Below are positions 18,817 through 29,600 of a DNA stretch of 62,754 nucleotides, one piece after another. The DNA is taken from positions 1 through 62,754 of the IMG/VR virus record IMGVR_UViG_3300027797_000029. One strand, given 5' to 3'. The notes under the pieces are model-generated. The model searched no databases. It saw nothing but the letters and a program-made list of their open reading frames with translations, and had not been told where the DNA came from. Position 1 is the stretch's first letter; each line of letters starts with the position of its first letter. This DNA is from a virus. Lineage: Duplodnaviria > Caudoviricetes. A program made the translations under genes and the position numbers.

Positions 18817-19853
18817 TGAGATACTTAAAACAACAAAACATCAATCGTCGAGTGGCAAATCACACATCTGTATTTGTGGATCATACAGACACGCATGTTG
18901 TGTTGAACCCTGTCAACAAAGGCAGCTTACAATTGCCAGTGGGCACCAATGCCCAGCGTCCTACCAGCACTCAATCAAACGGCATGATTCGTTACAACTC
19001 AGATGCTGTCACAGGCGGACAAGTGGAAGTGTACTCTGCTGGACGTTGGAGAGCATTGCGTTTTACTGAACAACAACCAATCATTCAACAAAATTTAGGT
19101 GCAGGCGACAGCAACAACACCTACTTTGGACCATTAAACGCAACTTATTATAATCCCAGTAACCAAGCCAACAATGCCACAGTGGGTGGTCAAAACATCA
19201 TAGTTGTTGTTGAAAATGTCATTCAAGTCAGCGGCATCAACTACACAATTGCCAACAATCCAACCATACCATCTGAAACATACACTCCCACTTTGAGTTA
19301 CAATGCTGTTGTGAGCGCATCAACTTTGTATTTTAACACAAGTGTAACAGTTACTGGTGCTACCGGAAATGGCAGCACAGCAGTTCTAACATTTAGCACT
19401 GAAGTTCAAACACCATTTGCTATCGGTGCCAGTATCACAGTTACCGGAGTACTTTCAACAGGCGGTGTTGGCAACTACAATGGAGTATTCACTGTCACTG
19501 CCAGTACCACTGGCAGTGTGAGTTTTGCAAGTGCAACCACTGCAACTTATCAAACCAGTGGAGAAATTGAAGCATCAACTGCTGTGTATCCAAGTGTGGA
19601 TCTAGTGGGTGCAACAATTTCAGGAACCAATCTTGCTACTTCTACAATTTCTAGTTATGTAACTGATTCTGATACAGGTGCATTGGTCAGTGTTACATTT
19701 GGTCCTGCTGTAATCACAACCGGCATTGTGGCTGTTAACACTGCCTATACTATTATTAAAACCAGCGGTGTTGGTTCTGGATACTTTTTAAATTTCAGTA
19801 CTCCAGTACCTTACGGAAAAACTGTCATTGCATTGCTTGGTTTTGACACATAA
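18816..19853 (+). CDS. virion structural protein with inserted beta module
   Basis: LPVGTNAQRP...GMIRYNS motif; YNGVFTV module. Confidence 0.7.
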   Translation: MRYLKQQNINRRVANHTSVFVDHTDTHVVLNPVNKGSLQLPVGTNAQRPTSTQSNGMIRYNSDAVTGGQVEVYSAGRWRALRFTEQQPIIQQNLGAGDSNNTYFGPLNATYYNPSNQANNATVGGQNIIVVVENVIQVSGINYTIANNPTIPSETYTPTLSYNAVVSASTLYFNTSVTVTGATGNGSTAVLTFSTEVQTPFAIGASITVTGVLSTGGVGNYNGVFTVTASTTGSVSFASATTATYQTSGEIEASTAVYPSVDLVGATISGTNLATSTISSYVTDSDTGALVSVTFGPAVITTGIVAVNTAYTIIKTSGVGSGYFLNFSTPVPYGKTVIALLGFDT

Positions 19854-19863
19854 GGAGTAAGTT

Positions 19864-22800
19864 ATGCCAGTAGGCGGTGGTGGTACTCCAAACTTTGTGA
19901 ATAATGCCAACAGAGCTTTGGGCAGAATAAGTGGCCCGTTGCTGGCAGATAACCTACTGCGCAACGGTGTTGATCTTGCATTTGAAACACAATTACTTTA
20001 TGTTGATGTAAAAAACAAACGTGTTGGTGTCAAGTACGGAAGCCCGACTGTTGAGCTATTCATCAACAACACAACCAACACCACTGATTTACGTGTAACA
20101 GATGGTAGTGCAATTGGTGATTTTGTTATCAATACAAATCAGATTCAACATTCCACTGGCTCTATAACAATTCAGCCAAATCAAAGCAGTAATCCCACAG
20201 TTACTACTCCAGGATTAAGCACAGCAAATTTATATCTGTACAGCAACACCATCAGTGGCCAGTATATTTCTACAGATGTAAGTTCTATCCTGATCACACA
20301 AGATGGGGATATTTTTGTAGCCAACGACGGCACCAGCGTTCTGTATACCAATGCTCCAGAACTTGTTGTTGGCGCCAGCAATATTAATTTTGCTGCCCAG
20401 GCCGCTGGCGGCATTAATTTAACTGGCAACACACTGGTAACTGGTAATCTACGTGCCACTGGAAATATCACAGCAAACGGTAACATACAGTTTGGCGATA
20501 ATTTAACACAAGACACTGTGACCTTTGGCGCAGAGATAAACAGTAACATTATTCCAAGTAACGATAACTTTTGGAATTTAGGCCAGTCGGTATTAAGATG
20601 GGCCACAATTTACGCCAACACTGCCAATTCAACCAGTATTACTACAATAAATTTAGCTGCCACTAATTTTACAGGATCTGGAACAAATGCATTAAATGGC
20701 AATGTGACTATTGGCGCAACTGATAGCAATACATTAACGGTCACAGCAAAAATTAATAGTGATTTAATTCCAAGTGCAACTAATGCAAATAATTTAGGTC
20801 AAGACTACGCAGCCAGTGTACCAAGTGGTGGTAGTTTGACTTTTTCTAGTGGTAATTATCTTGCTTTAAATGATCCTCAAACAATAGGCACACAATCGTA
20901 TACCTTTGAATGTTTCTTTTACACAGCCAGTAATGGACTACAGACACTGCTAGGCGCAGCCAATCCGGGAGGAATGTCAATCTGGTTGTTTGGCAATGGC
21001 ATCGATCCAGTAACCACTATACAAATTGATAGATCCTATGTGGATGCTGCGCAATACACTGTCAGCCCAATAACCATAAACACATGGCATCACATTGCGG
21101 TAACAAGAAACAGTTCGAACAACACGTCAGTATTTTTAGACGGAGTCAAAGCCACAGGATCCGCATCAAATACCACAAACTATACTGGGCCTAGCGGACT
21201 CATCGGAGCTGTAGCAGGATCTTCTTATTTTTTTACAGGATACCTAACACAGATAAAATTAACTATAGGGTCAAACTACTACGATCCAACTGCGTCTAGT
21301 ATTTCAGTCCCCACAGCACCATTAACAACCAGTGCAAATACAAAGTTATTGTTAATTGTAGCCAACAGTGGTGCATACATTACAGATACCAGCGTAACAC
21401 AAACCTTATCCAATATAAGCGGAGTTACCTACAGTACATCTACACCACTTGCACCTGTTGCTGAAAAACCAGCATTGTATTGGAATAATGTGTATGGTGT
21501 TACATTTAATAATGGCAACATAACATTAACCACTAACACAATTCAAACAAACATCACTGATAGTGATTTACGTTTGGTTGCAAATGGTTCTGGATCAGTG
21601 GTATTTTCTAAATTAAATTTACCAAATGCTAACAATATTAATATTGGCGGAACACTGGCAGTAACTGGAACCACTGCTCTAAACAACAATGTTGCAACTG
21701 GTGCAATTACGCAGACAGGCAGCTATAATGTTACTGGTAATGCAGCACTGGGAACAGTGAGTTCTGGAAATATCACAGCAGAAAATCCATTAACATTGCC
21801 AACTATAACAATTAACGGAAGTGTAATTACAGGAACAGCCATTGGCAGCAATTTGAAATTAACAGCCAACACCGGACAGACTGTTGAAATAACCAGTGCA
21901 ACAAAATTTAATAATAATGTTTTGATTAGTGGAACACTGGCAGTAAATGGAACCACCTCTCTAAACAACAATGTTGCAACTGGTGCAATCACTCAGTTGG
22001 GTAATTGGACACAATCTGGCGCCAGCGGTGCGTTGATAACAGGCGCTGTTGGAACAAATAATATTGCCATCACTGGACTTTCTTCACAGTTGATTTTAAG
22101 TAATTTTACCATATATGGCAACACAGTGGCTGGAACAGTTGGTAACCAAACTGTGCAGTATACAGCCAATGGTGTTGGATCTGTAAATGTTGAATATTTG
22201 AAATTTAACAACAACAATATTACTAACATCTGGCCCAGTGCAACCACTGATACACAAAAAAGTATTTTGTTTACTGCTAATGGCACTGGCAATGTGGAGA
22301 TAAATTCTACAAAAAGTTTAATATTGCCAATAGGAAATGACAGCACACGAGTACTAGCATCCAACGGTGAAATACGTTATAACAGCTTGTACAATAATAT
22401 TGAAGGCTACAGCAACACGGGCTATGTTAATTTATTCAATTTGTACAGTCAAAATCAACAAACTTATGCTACCGCAGAATTAACACCAAATGCTGCAGAC
22501 AGCACGTTGAGATTTGCTATTGGCAATGTGGTTACCACCACAATCAGTTCCAGCACACTGACCACTGTGAATCTGGTATCAGGCAATGTTGGTGTATCAG
22601 GTAGCACTGTTCAAAACACACAAACCAACACAGATGTGGCGTTTGCACCCAACGGCACTGGCAAAATAAATTTAAAAAGTTTTGTTAATGTCAAAGACAA
22701 CACTGTGACCAACGCCACCAGCACCAACATTTCTTTTGACTCTACCAACCAAGGTCATTGGAAATTTGGAGGCAAAAGCGGTGTGGTGATTCCGCTGGGC

Positions 22801-22980
22801 AACAGCTCTAACTATCCAATCACCGCATTGCAAGGTGCAATTAGATACAACACTGTAACTGGTTTTGCTGAAGTATACACTGGCTCTGTGTGGACGTCTT
22901 GGGTAGGCACTGGCAATGCCACAGTTTCTGAATCAGACATGAACGACCTCACGTTCCTATATACCCTTATACTTGGGTAA
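19864..22980 (+). CDS. tail/fibre protein with LamG (ConA-like) domain
   Basis: GRISGPLLADNLLRNG start; YTFECFFY...NTWHHIAVTR...VFLDG...TGYL LamG motif; paralog of 23102. Confidence 0.8.
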   Translation: MPVGGGGTPNFVNNANRALGRISGPLLADNLLRNGVDLAFETQLLYVDVKNKRVGVKYGSPTVELFINNTTNTTDLRVTDGSAIGDFVINTNQIQHSTGSITIQPNQSSNPTVTTPGLSTANLYLYSNTISGQYISTDVSSILITQDGDIFVANDGTSVLYTNAPELVVGASNINFAAQAAGGINLTGNTLVTGNLRATGNITANGNIQFGDNLTQDTVTFGAEINSNIIPSNDNFWNLGQSVLRWATIYANTANSTSITTINLAATNFTGSGTNALNGNVTIGATDSNTLTVTAKINSDLIPSATNANNLGQDYAASVPSGGSLTFSSGNYLALNDPQTIGTQSYTFECFFYTASNGLQTLLGAANPGGMSIWLFGNGIDPVTTIQIDRSYVDAAQYTVSPITINTWHHIAVTRNSSNNTSVFLDGVKATGSASNTTNYTGPSGLIGAVAGSSYFFTGYLTQIKLTIGSNYYDPTASSISVPTAPLTTSANTKLLLIVANSGAYITDTSVTQTLSNISGVTYSTSTPLAPVAEKPALYWNNVYGVTFNNGNITLTTNTIQTNITDSDLRLVANGSGSVVFSKLNLPNANNINIGGTLAVTGTTALNNNVATGAITQTGSYNVTGNAALGTVSSGNITAENPLTLPTITINGSVITGTAIGSNLKLTANTGQTVEITSATKFNNNVLISGTLAVNGTTSLNNNVATGAITQLGNWTQSGASGALITGAVGTNNIAITGLSSQLILSNFTIYGNTVAGTVGNQTVQYTANGVGSVNVEYLKFNNNNITNIWPSATTDTQKSILFTANGTGNVEINSTKSLILPIGNDSTRVLASNGEIRYNSLYNNIEGYSNTGYVNLFNLYSQNQQTYATAELTPNAADSTLRFAIGNVVTTTISSSTLTTVNLVSGNVGVSGSTVQNTQTNTDVAFAPNGTGKINLKSFVNVKDNTVTNATSTNISFDSTNQGHWKFGGKSGVVIPLGNSSNYPITALQGAIRYNTVTGFAEVYTGSVWTSWVGTGNATVSESDMNDLTFLYTLILG

Positions 22981-23000
22981 AACCAAAAAACCGATAAATA

Positions 23001-23101
23001 CTTTTACTGTAAAAACTGACCAAGTTTTTACGATATTCAACTGTGGTAAACCCGCAATGCAAGGTGGTTAACCGTGAAACACGGGGTATACGGGAGCGTA
23101 A
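23001..23101 (+). promoter_or_regulatory. structured 5' leader after late promoter 22995-23000
   Basis: GTAAAAACT/AGTTTTTAC, TGTGG/CCGCA and CCGTG/CACGG, then GGGAG SD. Confidence 0.5.
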
Positions 23102-25405
23102 ATGGCTGTTGGTCGAATTTCGGGTCCGCTCTTAAAAGATAATTTGCTTCGTAACGGGGTAAATTTAGCTTTTGAGACGAACTTACTTTATCTAGATGTT
23201 AATAATAGCCGCATTGGTATTAAAACATCATCACCAGCTTACGATCTAGACGTCAATGGCACAACCCGTACTACCAATTTAACAGCAACCACCCAAGCCA
23301 ATTTAGCTACCTTTACTATCAGCGGCAACAACATTGCCAGCTCCAGTAACACAATTAATTTCTTGCCCAGCGGTGCTGGCAACACAATTTACAATGCAAG
23401 AGCATTGGTTGGAAACTTGCAATTAACCGGCAACACTATCAGTTCAACCAACAGCAACGGTGCTATCAATATCACTGCAAACGGCACTGGTGGAATTAAT
23501 TTGGGCAACACCAGCGGCAGTGTGCTGGTCACAGTTACTGGAAATTTACATGCCACTGGCAATATCACAGCAGATGGTAATATCACACTGGGTGATAACT
23601 TAACACAAGACACTGTTAGTTTTGCAGCAGAAATCAACAGCGATATAATTCCTAAAATAGATAACACATATAATTTAGGTTCAAGTCTTCTTACTTGGTC
23701 CACTGTGTACACAAATAGTGTTACAGTGACTACTGTTAGTACCACCAATTTCACAGCAACTGGTACAGTGTCAGTTTCTAATGCAACTGTCCTTAGTGGA
23801 AATACCACTATTGGTGCCACTAGTTCTAATACACTCACAGTTACAGCCAGAATCAATAGCAATCTTATCCCAAGCGCAAATAACACATATAATTTGGGCT
23901 CAGCGTTGGGGCCGCTGTATTGGAACAATGCATACATCAGCACAATCAACACAGCTGGCATGCAAATTAACAGCAACAGTATCACAGCAACAGGAACAAA
24001 TTCAAATTTACAATTAAGTGCAAACGGCACTGGCACAGTCCATATTCCAACGAGTAATCTAATTGTAACTAATAACGTTTTAATTGGCGGCACACTGACA
24101 GTTACTGGAACCAGCACATTGGCTGGAGTAGGTATCACTGGCACTCTGACACAAACAGGCAATTTTACACAATCAAGTGGTAATTTCAGCACCACTGGTA
24201 CAATTAATTCAGGTGCAATTAACAGCACAGGCACTTTAACATTACCAAATGTCACTATTGCCAACAGCACAATTACTGGCACCACAACTGCCACCAATTT
24301 GATATTAACACCTTATGCTGGGCAACAGGTTGAAATTACCAGTAATGCAACATTGAATGGAAATGCCACCGTGGGCGGCACATTGACAGTTACTGGGACC
24401 AGCACATTGGCTGGAGTAGGTATCACTGGAAATGTGACACAAACTGGCACATTTAATCAAACTGGCAACTTTACCACTAGCGGAACATTATATGTTAGTG
24501 GAAATTTAACCGCAAACAGTGCATTTACAGTTGGTAATGTTCAAATCAGTGGTAATACAGTCACTACCACAGACACCAACGGAAATTTGAACTTGACAGC
24601 CAACGGCGCTGGCAGTGTAAATGTACAAAATTTAAGTATTAACAATAATGTTATTGGCAGTATCGACACCAATGCCAACATTGTGTTGACTCCGCAAGGC
24701 ACTGGCAACGTTGTTATCAATAACACACAAAGTTTCATAGTGCCAGTGGGATCAACGGGTCAACAACCAGCCAGCCCGACCAACGGCATGATCCGTTACA
24801 ACACCACTAACAATCGTTACGAAGGATATGCCAACGGTTATTGGACCAATCTGGGTGGTGTACAAAGTTTGGACGGAAGAACTTACATAACTCCAGAAAG
24901 TTCACCCGGCGCCAACAACAATGTCATAAGTTTCTATGCCAACAACGTGAACACTGCATATATCAACAGCAGTGGCTTGTACACAACTGATTTCAAAACA
25001 GCCAATATAGATATCACTGGCAACACCATCAGCACTTACACAGCCAATACTGACATGAATTTGGTGCCAAACGGCACTGGATCCATAGTTATTGGTAATT
25101 TGGCATTCAACAACAACTCAGTGACCAACAGAGTCAGTCAAGCAGTTACAGTATTGGCAGCAAGCGGTAGCGGCTATTACAAGTTTGGCGGCACATATGG
25201 AGTTGGAATTCCGTTTGGTAACGGCAATACCGATAGACCCAGCAACATATATGCTGAGACTGGTATGATTCGTTTAAATACAGATTCACTGTCTGTGGAA
25301 GTGTTCAACGGTGCTGCTTGGTCCAGCGTGGTGGGCAACGCAGGCGGTATAACAAATATTCAAGCCACAGATATTGCACTAGGAATAGTGTTATCATTAG
25401 GATAA
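23102..25405 (+). CDS. tail/fibre protein
   Basis: MAVGRISGPLLKDNLLRNG; N/T/G-rich repeats; GMIRYNT motifs; internal DNA repeat at ~24085-24140 and ~24373-24430. Confidence 0.8.
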   Translation: MAVGRISGPLLKDNLLRNGVNLAFETNLLYLDVNNSRIGIKTSSPAYDLDVNGTTRTTNLTATTQANLATFTISGNNIASSSNTINFLPSGAGNTIYNARALVGNLQLTGNTISSTNSNGAINITANGTGGINLGNTSGSVLVTVTGNLHATGNITADGNITLGDNLTQDTVSFAAEINSDIIPKIDNTYNLGSSLLTWSTVYTNSVTVTTVSTTNFTATGTVSVSNATVLSGNTTIGATSSNTLTVTARINSNLIPSANNTYNLGSALGPLYWNNAYISTINTAGMQINSNSITATGTNSNLQLSANGTGTVHIPTSNLIVTNNVLIGGTLTVTGTSTLAGVGITGTLTQTGNFTQSSGNFSTTGTINSGAINSTGTLTLPNVTIANSTITGTTTATNLILTPYAGQQVEITSNATLNGNATVGGTLTVTGTSTLAGVGITGNVTQTGTFNQTGNFTTSGTLYVSGNLTANSAFTVGNVQISGNTVTTTDTNGNLNLTANGAGSVNVQNLSINNNVIGSIDTNANIVLTPQGTGNVVINNTQSFIVPVGSTGQQPASPTNGMIRYNTTNNRYEGYANGYWTNLGGVQSLDGRTYITPESSPGANNNVISFYANNVNTAYINSSGLYTTDFKTANIDITGNTISTYTANTDMNLVPNGTGSIVIGNLAFNNNSVTNRVSQAVTVLAASGSGYYKFGGTYGVGIPFGNGNTDRPSNIYAETGMIRLNTDSLSVEVFNGAAWSSVVGNAGGITNIQATDIALGIVLSLG

Positions 25406-25408
25406 AAG

Positions 25409-26266
25409 ATGCCAACAGTTTTTAAAAACGTTCTTGCAACACAAATAGTAGGCACAACTACTACATTAAATATCACATCAGTGACCAGCAATAGTCCGTC
25501 TGCTGGCTATACCACATTTGGTTTTGCAACCCAACCTGTTGCTCCGTACGCAGTAGGAACAACCATTTATGTGAACGGATTATCAGTGAGCGGATACAAC
25601 GGCGGATACACAGTCACCAACTCCAGCACCACCAGCGTGAGTGTGATAAATGCATTGACCACAGCTATCAAAGGCGCATTGAACGGCGCAACTACATACA
25701 CCAGTGTTAGCGGAACCAGTGTGTCAGCAGCTGCAACTTATTCCGCAGTTAGTCCAGCATCTACCAGTGGCTCAGGCACTGGCGCAACATTCAATGTTAC
25801 AAAAATTGGTGCAGGAACCAGCTACTCTGGATTTATCACAGTCACAGTGGTCAGTGTGGGAACTGGATATGCCATTGGCGATACTGTTACAATATCTGGT
25901 GCAGATCTTGGTGGTGCAAACGGCACTAATAATTTGACATTTACTATTTCCAGTTCTGTTACACTGTTGACTGGCACAGTTAAAAACAATTTGATTTACA
26001 GTAACCCCAGTGCAACCACCACAATCATTGGATTGAGTTTGACCAACACCACACCAGAAACAGTGTTGGCAACAATTCAATTACAAGACACACTGACCGC
26101 AACCAGTGCATACTATATCAGTAACATACCAGTTCCGGGCTATCAAAGTTTGCGAGTGGTAACTGGCGGCGAAAAGTTAATTTTGACTCCAGCAACCAAT
26201 GTGTTTGTCACATCCAATGTGTCACAAAGTTTGGATGCAGTGGTGAGTTGGGTTGAGATCAGTTAA
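25409..26266 (+). CDS. small virion adaptor family protein with two inserted beta modules
   Basis: N- and C-terminal halves match 18448/32896; ~175-aa insert between them. Confidence 0.7.
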   Translation: MPTVFKNVLATQIVGTTTTLNITSVTSNSPSAGYTTFGFATQPVAPYAVGTTIYVNGLSVSGYNGGYTVTNSSTTSVSVINALTTAIKGALNGATTYTSVSGTSVSAAATYSAVSPASTSGSGTGATFNVTKIGAGTSYSGFITVTVVSVGTGYAIGDTVTISGADLGGANGTNNLTFTISSSVTLLTGTVKNNLIYSNPSATTTIIGLSLTNTTPETVLATIQLQDTLTATSAYYISNIPVPGYQSLRVVTGGEKLILTPATNVFVTSNVSQSLDAVVSWVEIS

Positions 26267-26277
26267 AGGATAATATC

Positions 26278-26643
26278 ATGGCATATGTAGGATCAAATTC
26301 TCCAGCATCAGATATCTTAGGAAATAATCCTAGATACTTCTATGCACTTCGCAGAACAGATGACGGCACACTGTATTTGGTTAGAACTGACATGATAGTT
26401 GACAACGGTGACAGTATCGAAATCAATGCTCCCGGCCCAGGTGCTGACGATTATGTTGATTTTGCTGTGGGCAATGATTTTTTTGAAGGTAGAGATGTGT
26501 TTCATAATTTGGTTTACCCTAATTTAAAATATGAACAAATGAGATGGGATGACAAAAGTGTATATTATTACATGAATGCCAACGGTGAATTAGTAGCAAG
26601 GATAGGACAAAGTTATGCGTATACTGGGTCCGATAACGTTTGA
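26278..26643 (+). CDS. hypothetical virion protein
   Basis: YFYALRRTDDG...YEQMRWD...YYMNANGELVARI. Confidence 0.7.
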   Translation: MAYVGSNSPASDILGNNPRYFYALRRTDDGTLYLVRTDMIVDNGDSIEINAPGPGADDYVDFAVGNDFFEGRDVFHNLVYPNLKYEQMRWDDKSVYYYMNANGELVARIGQSYAYTGSDNV

Positions 26644-26687
26644 TAAATAACTTATCCAATAATACGCAATGATAAAGGTATGATAAC

Positions 26688-29600
26688 ATGGCTGAATTTA
26701 AACTAGGAAGATTACGATTTGTATGGCAAGGCCCTTGGGTTTCAGCCACTAACTATGTCAAAGATGACATTGTTGCCTACGGCGGTAAGACGTATGTCTG
26801 CTTAGTCGGGCATACTGCCAACGCAGTATTTTATACAGATCTTAATAATGCAACTGCAAAATGGTCACAGATGTCCGACGGTGTGTCTTGGAAAGGCGCA
26901 TGGTCAAACACCACGGCATTTTACAAGATCAACGATATTGTACAAGTTGGCGGCAAAGATTATATCTGTTTGATAGGTCATACTCCCACAACAATCAGCC
27001 CAGTCAATCAGGGATTTTATACCGACCTAACTGCCAGCAAATGGCAATTGATGGTAGATGGTATTTCTTGGAAAACCACTTGGACCACAGCCACTTACTA
27101 TAACTTGGGCGATATTGTAAAGTTTGGCGCCAAAGAGTTTATCTGCGTAACCGGCCACATCAGCAGTTCCACACCCAACAGCGGATTTTACAGCGATTTG
27201 GCAGCTCTCAACTGGCAGTTATTTGTAGACGGCCAAACATTTATTGGTGCATGGACATCCACAACATATTATAAAATTGGTGATATTGTTAACTATGGTG
27301 GCACCAGTTACATTTGCAATACCGGACACACCAGTAGCACAACCCTTGAAGTGAATCAAGCCAATTGGACCACATTTATTCCAGGATTTGCATGGCTTGG
27401 CACTTATGCCAACGGGTATACTTACAAAGTAAATGATATTGTAAAATACGGACCTGATGCTTATATTTGCACAACAGCATACACATCTGTCACAAACACC
27501 ATTGATTTGACCAAATGGGCTTTGTTTGTGGCAGGTTTGGAATTTATGAATACCTATTCCAGTGCAACCAGTTACGCACTTGGCCAAGTGGTAACATATG
27601 GCGGATATGTTTATACTTCTTTGGTCACCAACAACTTGAATCAAACACCCAGTATTAGTCCCAGCTTTTGGAGTTTGGTAACCACCGGTTTCAACGTTCA
27701 AGGCAACTGGAATTTAACAACAGCTTACAAAGTTGGTGCAGTTGTTACTTACGGCGCATATGTTTATGTTTCTATTTTGGACGGAACTGGTTTCAATCCG
27801 GCAAACAATCCAACATATTGGTCCTTACTGAACACTGGCGTGTCTTGGCAAGGATTATGGACCGCAGGCGGAACATTCACAGCTAACATTGCCACAACCA
27901 ACATGACGGTCAGTGTGGTGGGCACAACATACTTGCGTCCTGGCGTGGTTATCACAGGATCTACCACATCGGCAAACACTGTGATCACAGGACAAACCAG
28001 TGGAACCACAGGTGGCGTGGGAGTATACACAGTCAATAACAGTCAAACAGTTGGCGCACCAGGTGCTGGCCAAGTTACATTAACTGCCACATCGTCTTAT
28101 AGATTAGGCGATTCAGTTGTGTATGGTCCAAACAGTTACATCTGTGTTGCAGCACACACTTCGGGCTACACTAGCCCAACAGGTCCAGCAACATCCAGCA
28201 ACAACAGACCGGACGTTGATACCGCAGGAACTTATTGGAACACATTGGCTCTTGGCAGTGCGGCCAACGTTCTTACCACTCTGGGCGACACTGTTTATTA
28301 CAGCGCAGGCGGCAATGCACGACTACCAATCGGTGAAGACGGTCAAATCCTGCGTGTTACTGGATCAGTACCAACTTGGAACTATTTTGGCCAAGTTGCC
28401 AATGTTTATTATGTTGCTCCCAGCGGTACAGATGCAACTGACTATGGTATTACTTTGGATAAGCCTTGGAAAACTGTTGCGTATGCTTGTGCTCGTGTGG
28501 CACAAGGTCCTGCTAATCCAAGTGCGCAATACTTGATTAATCAAAACAAGTCATGGGTGGGTGCTGAAGCCAACAACTATCTAGCTCACACTAACAAAGT
28601 TAGCGTTACCGGTACCACTGCTGGCGGCGCTTTTACCACAACCAGTACAGCAGGCTTGGCTGTTAACATGCCCATTGTGTTTAACACATTTGGTGGATAC
28701 TTAACAAACATCACACAGGCATATGCAAGTCAAAATTTATCAGTTATCAGTAGTTCAGGCACATTGCTAACAGTTAGCTCAAACATCTCTGGTGTAGTTG
28801 TTAATCAACCAGTGACATTTACCGCAGGATTTGGTAACGTGAGTTCGGGCACTGTGTATTATATTCAATCAGTGGCTGGCACACAGTTTACCATAAGTTT
28901 AACCCCAAGCGGCACAGTGTATACTGTGGGCGGTGGTGGTAGTGGTACAGCAGCAGTGCAGGGAACATTTGTAGTTGACAGCACAGTTGGATTTACACAA
29001 AACGTGCCGTTCCAAGTAACTGGAACAACTTTTGGTAATTTGTCATTGGCCACTAACTATTTTGTTTCAAACATAATTAGCGGAACATTTGTTACGTTCA
29101 GTGCCAGCAGCGGCGGCCCAGTTTTGACCAACGTTACTCCAGCTTCTGGCACAATGGCTGTTACCACTAACAACACATTGACACTGGCCGCTGCGTCATT
29201 GACCACAGCAGCCGCAACTATTGAACAAACTTATCTAGCACAAACATTGTCTGTGTTAAGTTCTGCTGGAACTACCATCACAGTCAGTGCAAACATGGTT
29301 GATGTCAGTGTTAATCAACCCATTGTGTTTAGTGCAAGTTTTGGCACAGTGGATGCAGGTGCAATTTATTATGTACAAGCAGTCAGCGGCACAAGTTTAA
29401 CTATCTCGTTGAATGTGAATGGAACACCATACACAGTGGGCATTGGTAATCAGCCTTGCAGTGCATCAGTGCAAGCCATGTTAAGAGCCACAACTACCAG
29501 CAACATACGGGCTGGCAGCAGTTTTACTGTAACAGGTGCGTTTGGCGGATTGAATACTTCAACAACTTATTACACAACTCAAGTGTTGTCAAGCACACTG

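Noticed and set aside
23389-24297. Long antisense ORFs (also 6504-7187, 7872-8678, 95-694, 15127-15645)
   Set aside because: Shadow frames of biased, repetitive sense genes; no SD, promoter or motifs.
21649-24430. Diversity-generating retroelement TR/VR pairs
   Set aside because: The repeats are intragenic, differences are not adenine-specific, and there is no reverse transcriptase in the window.
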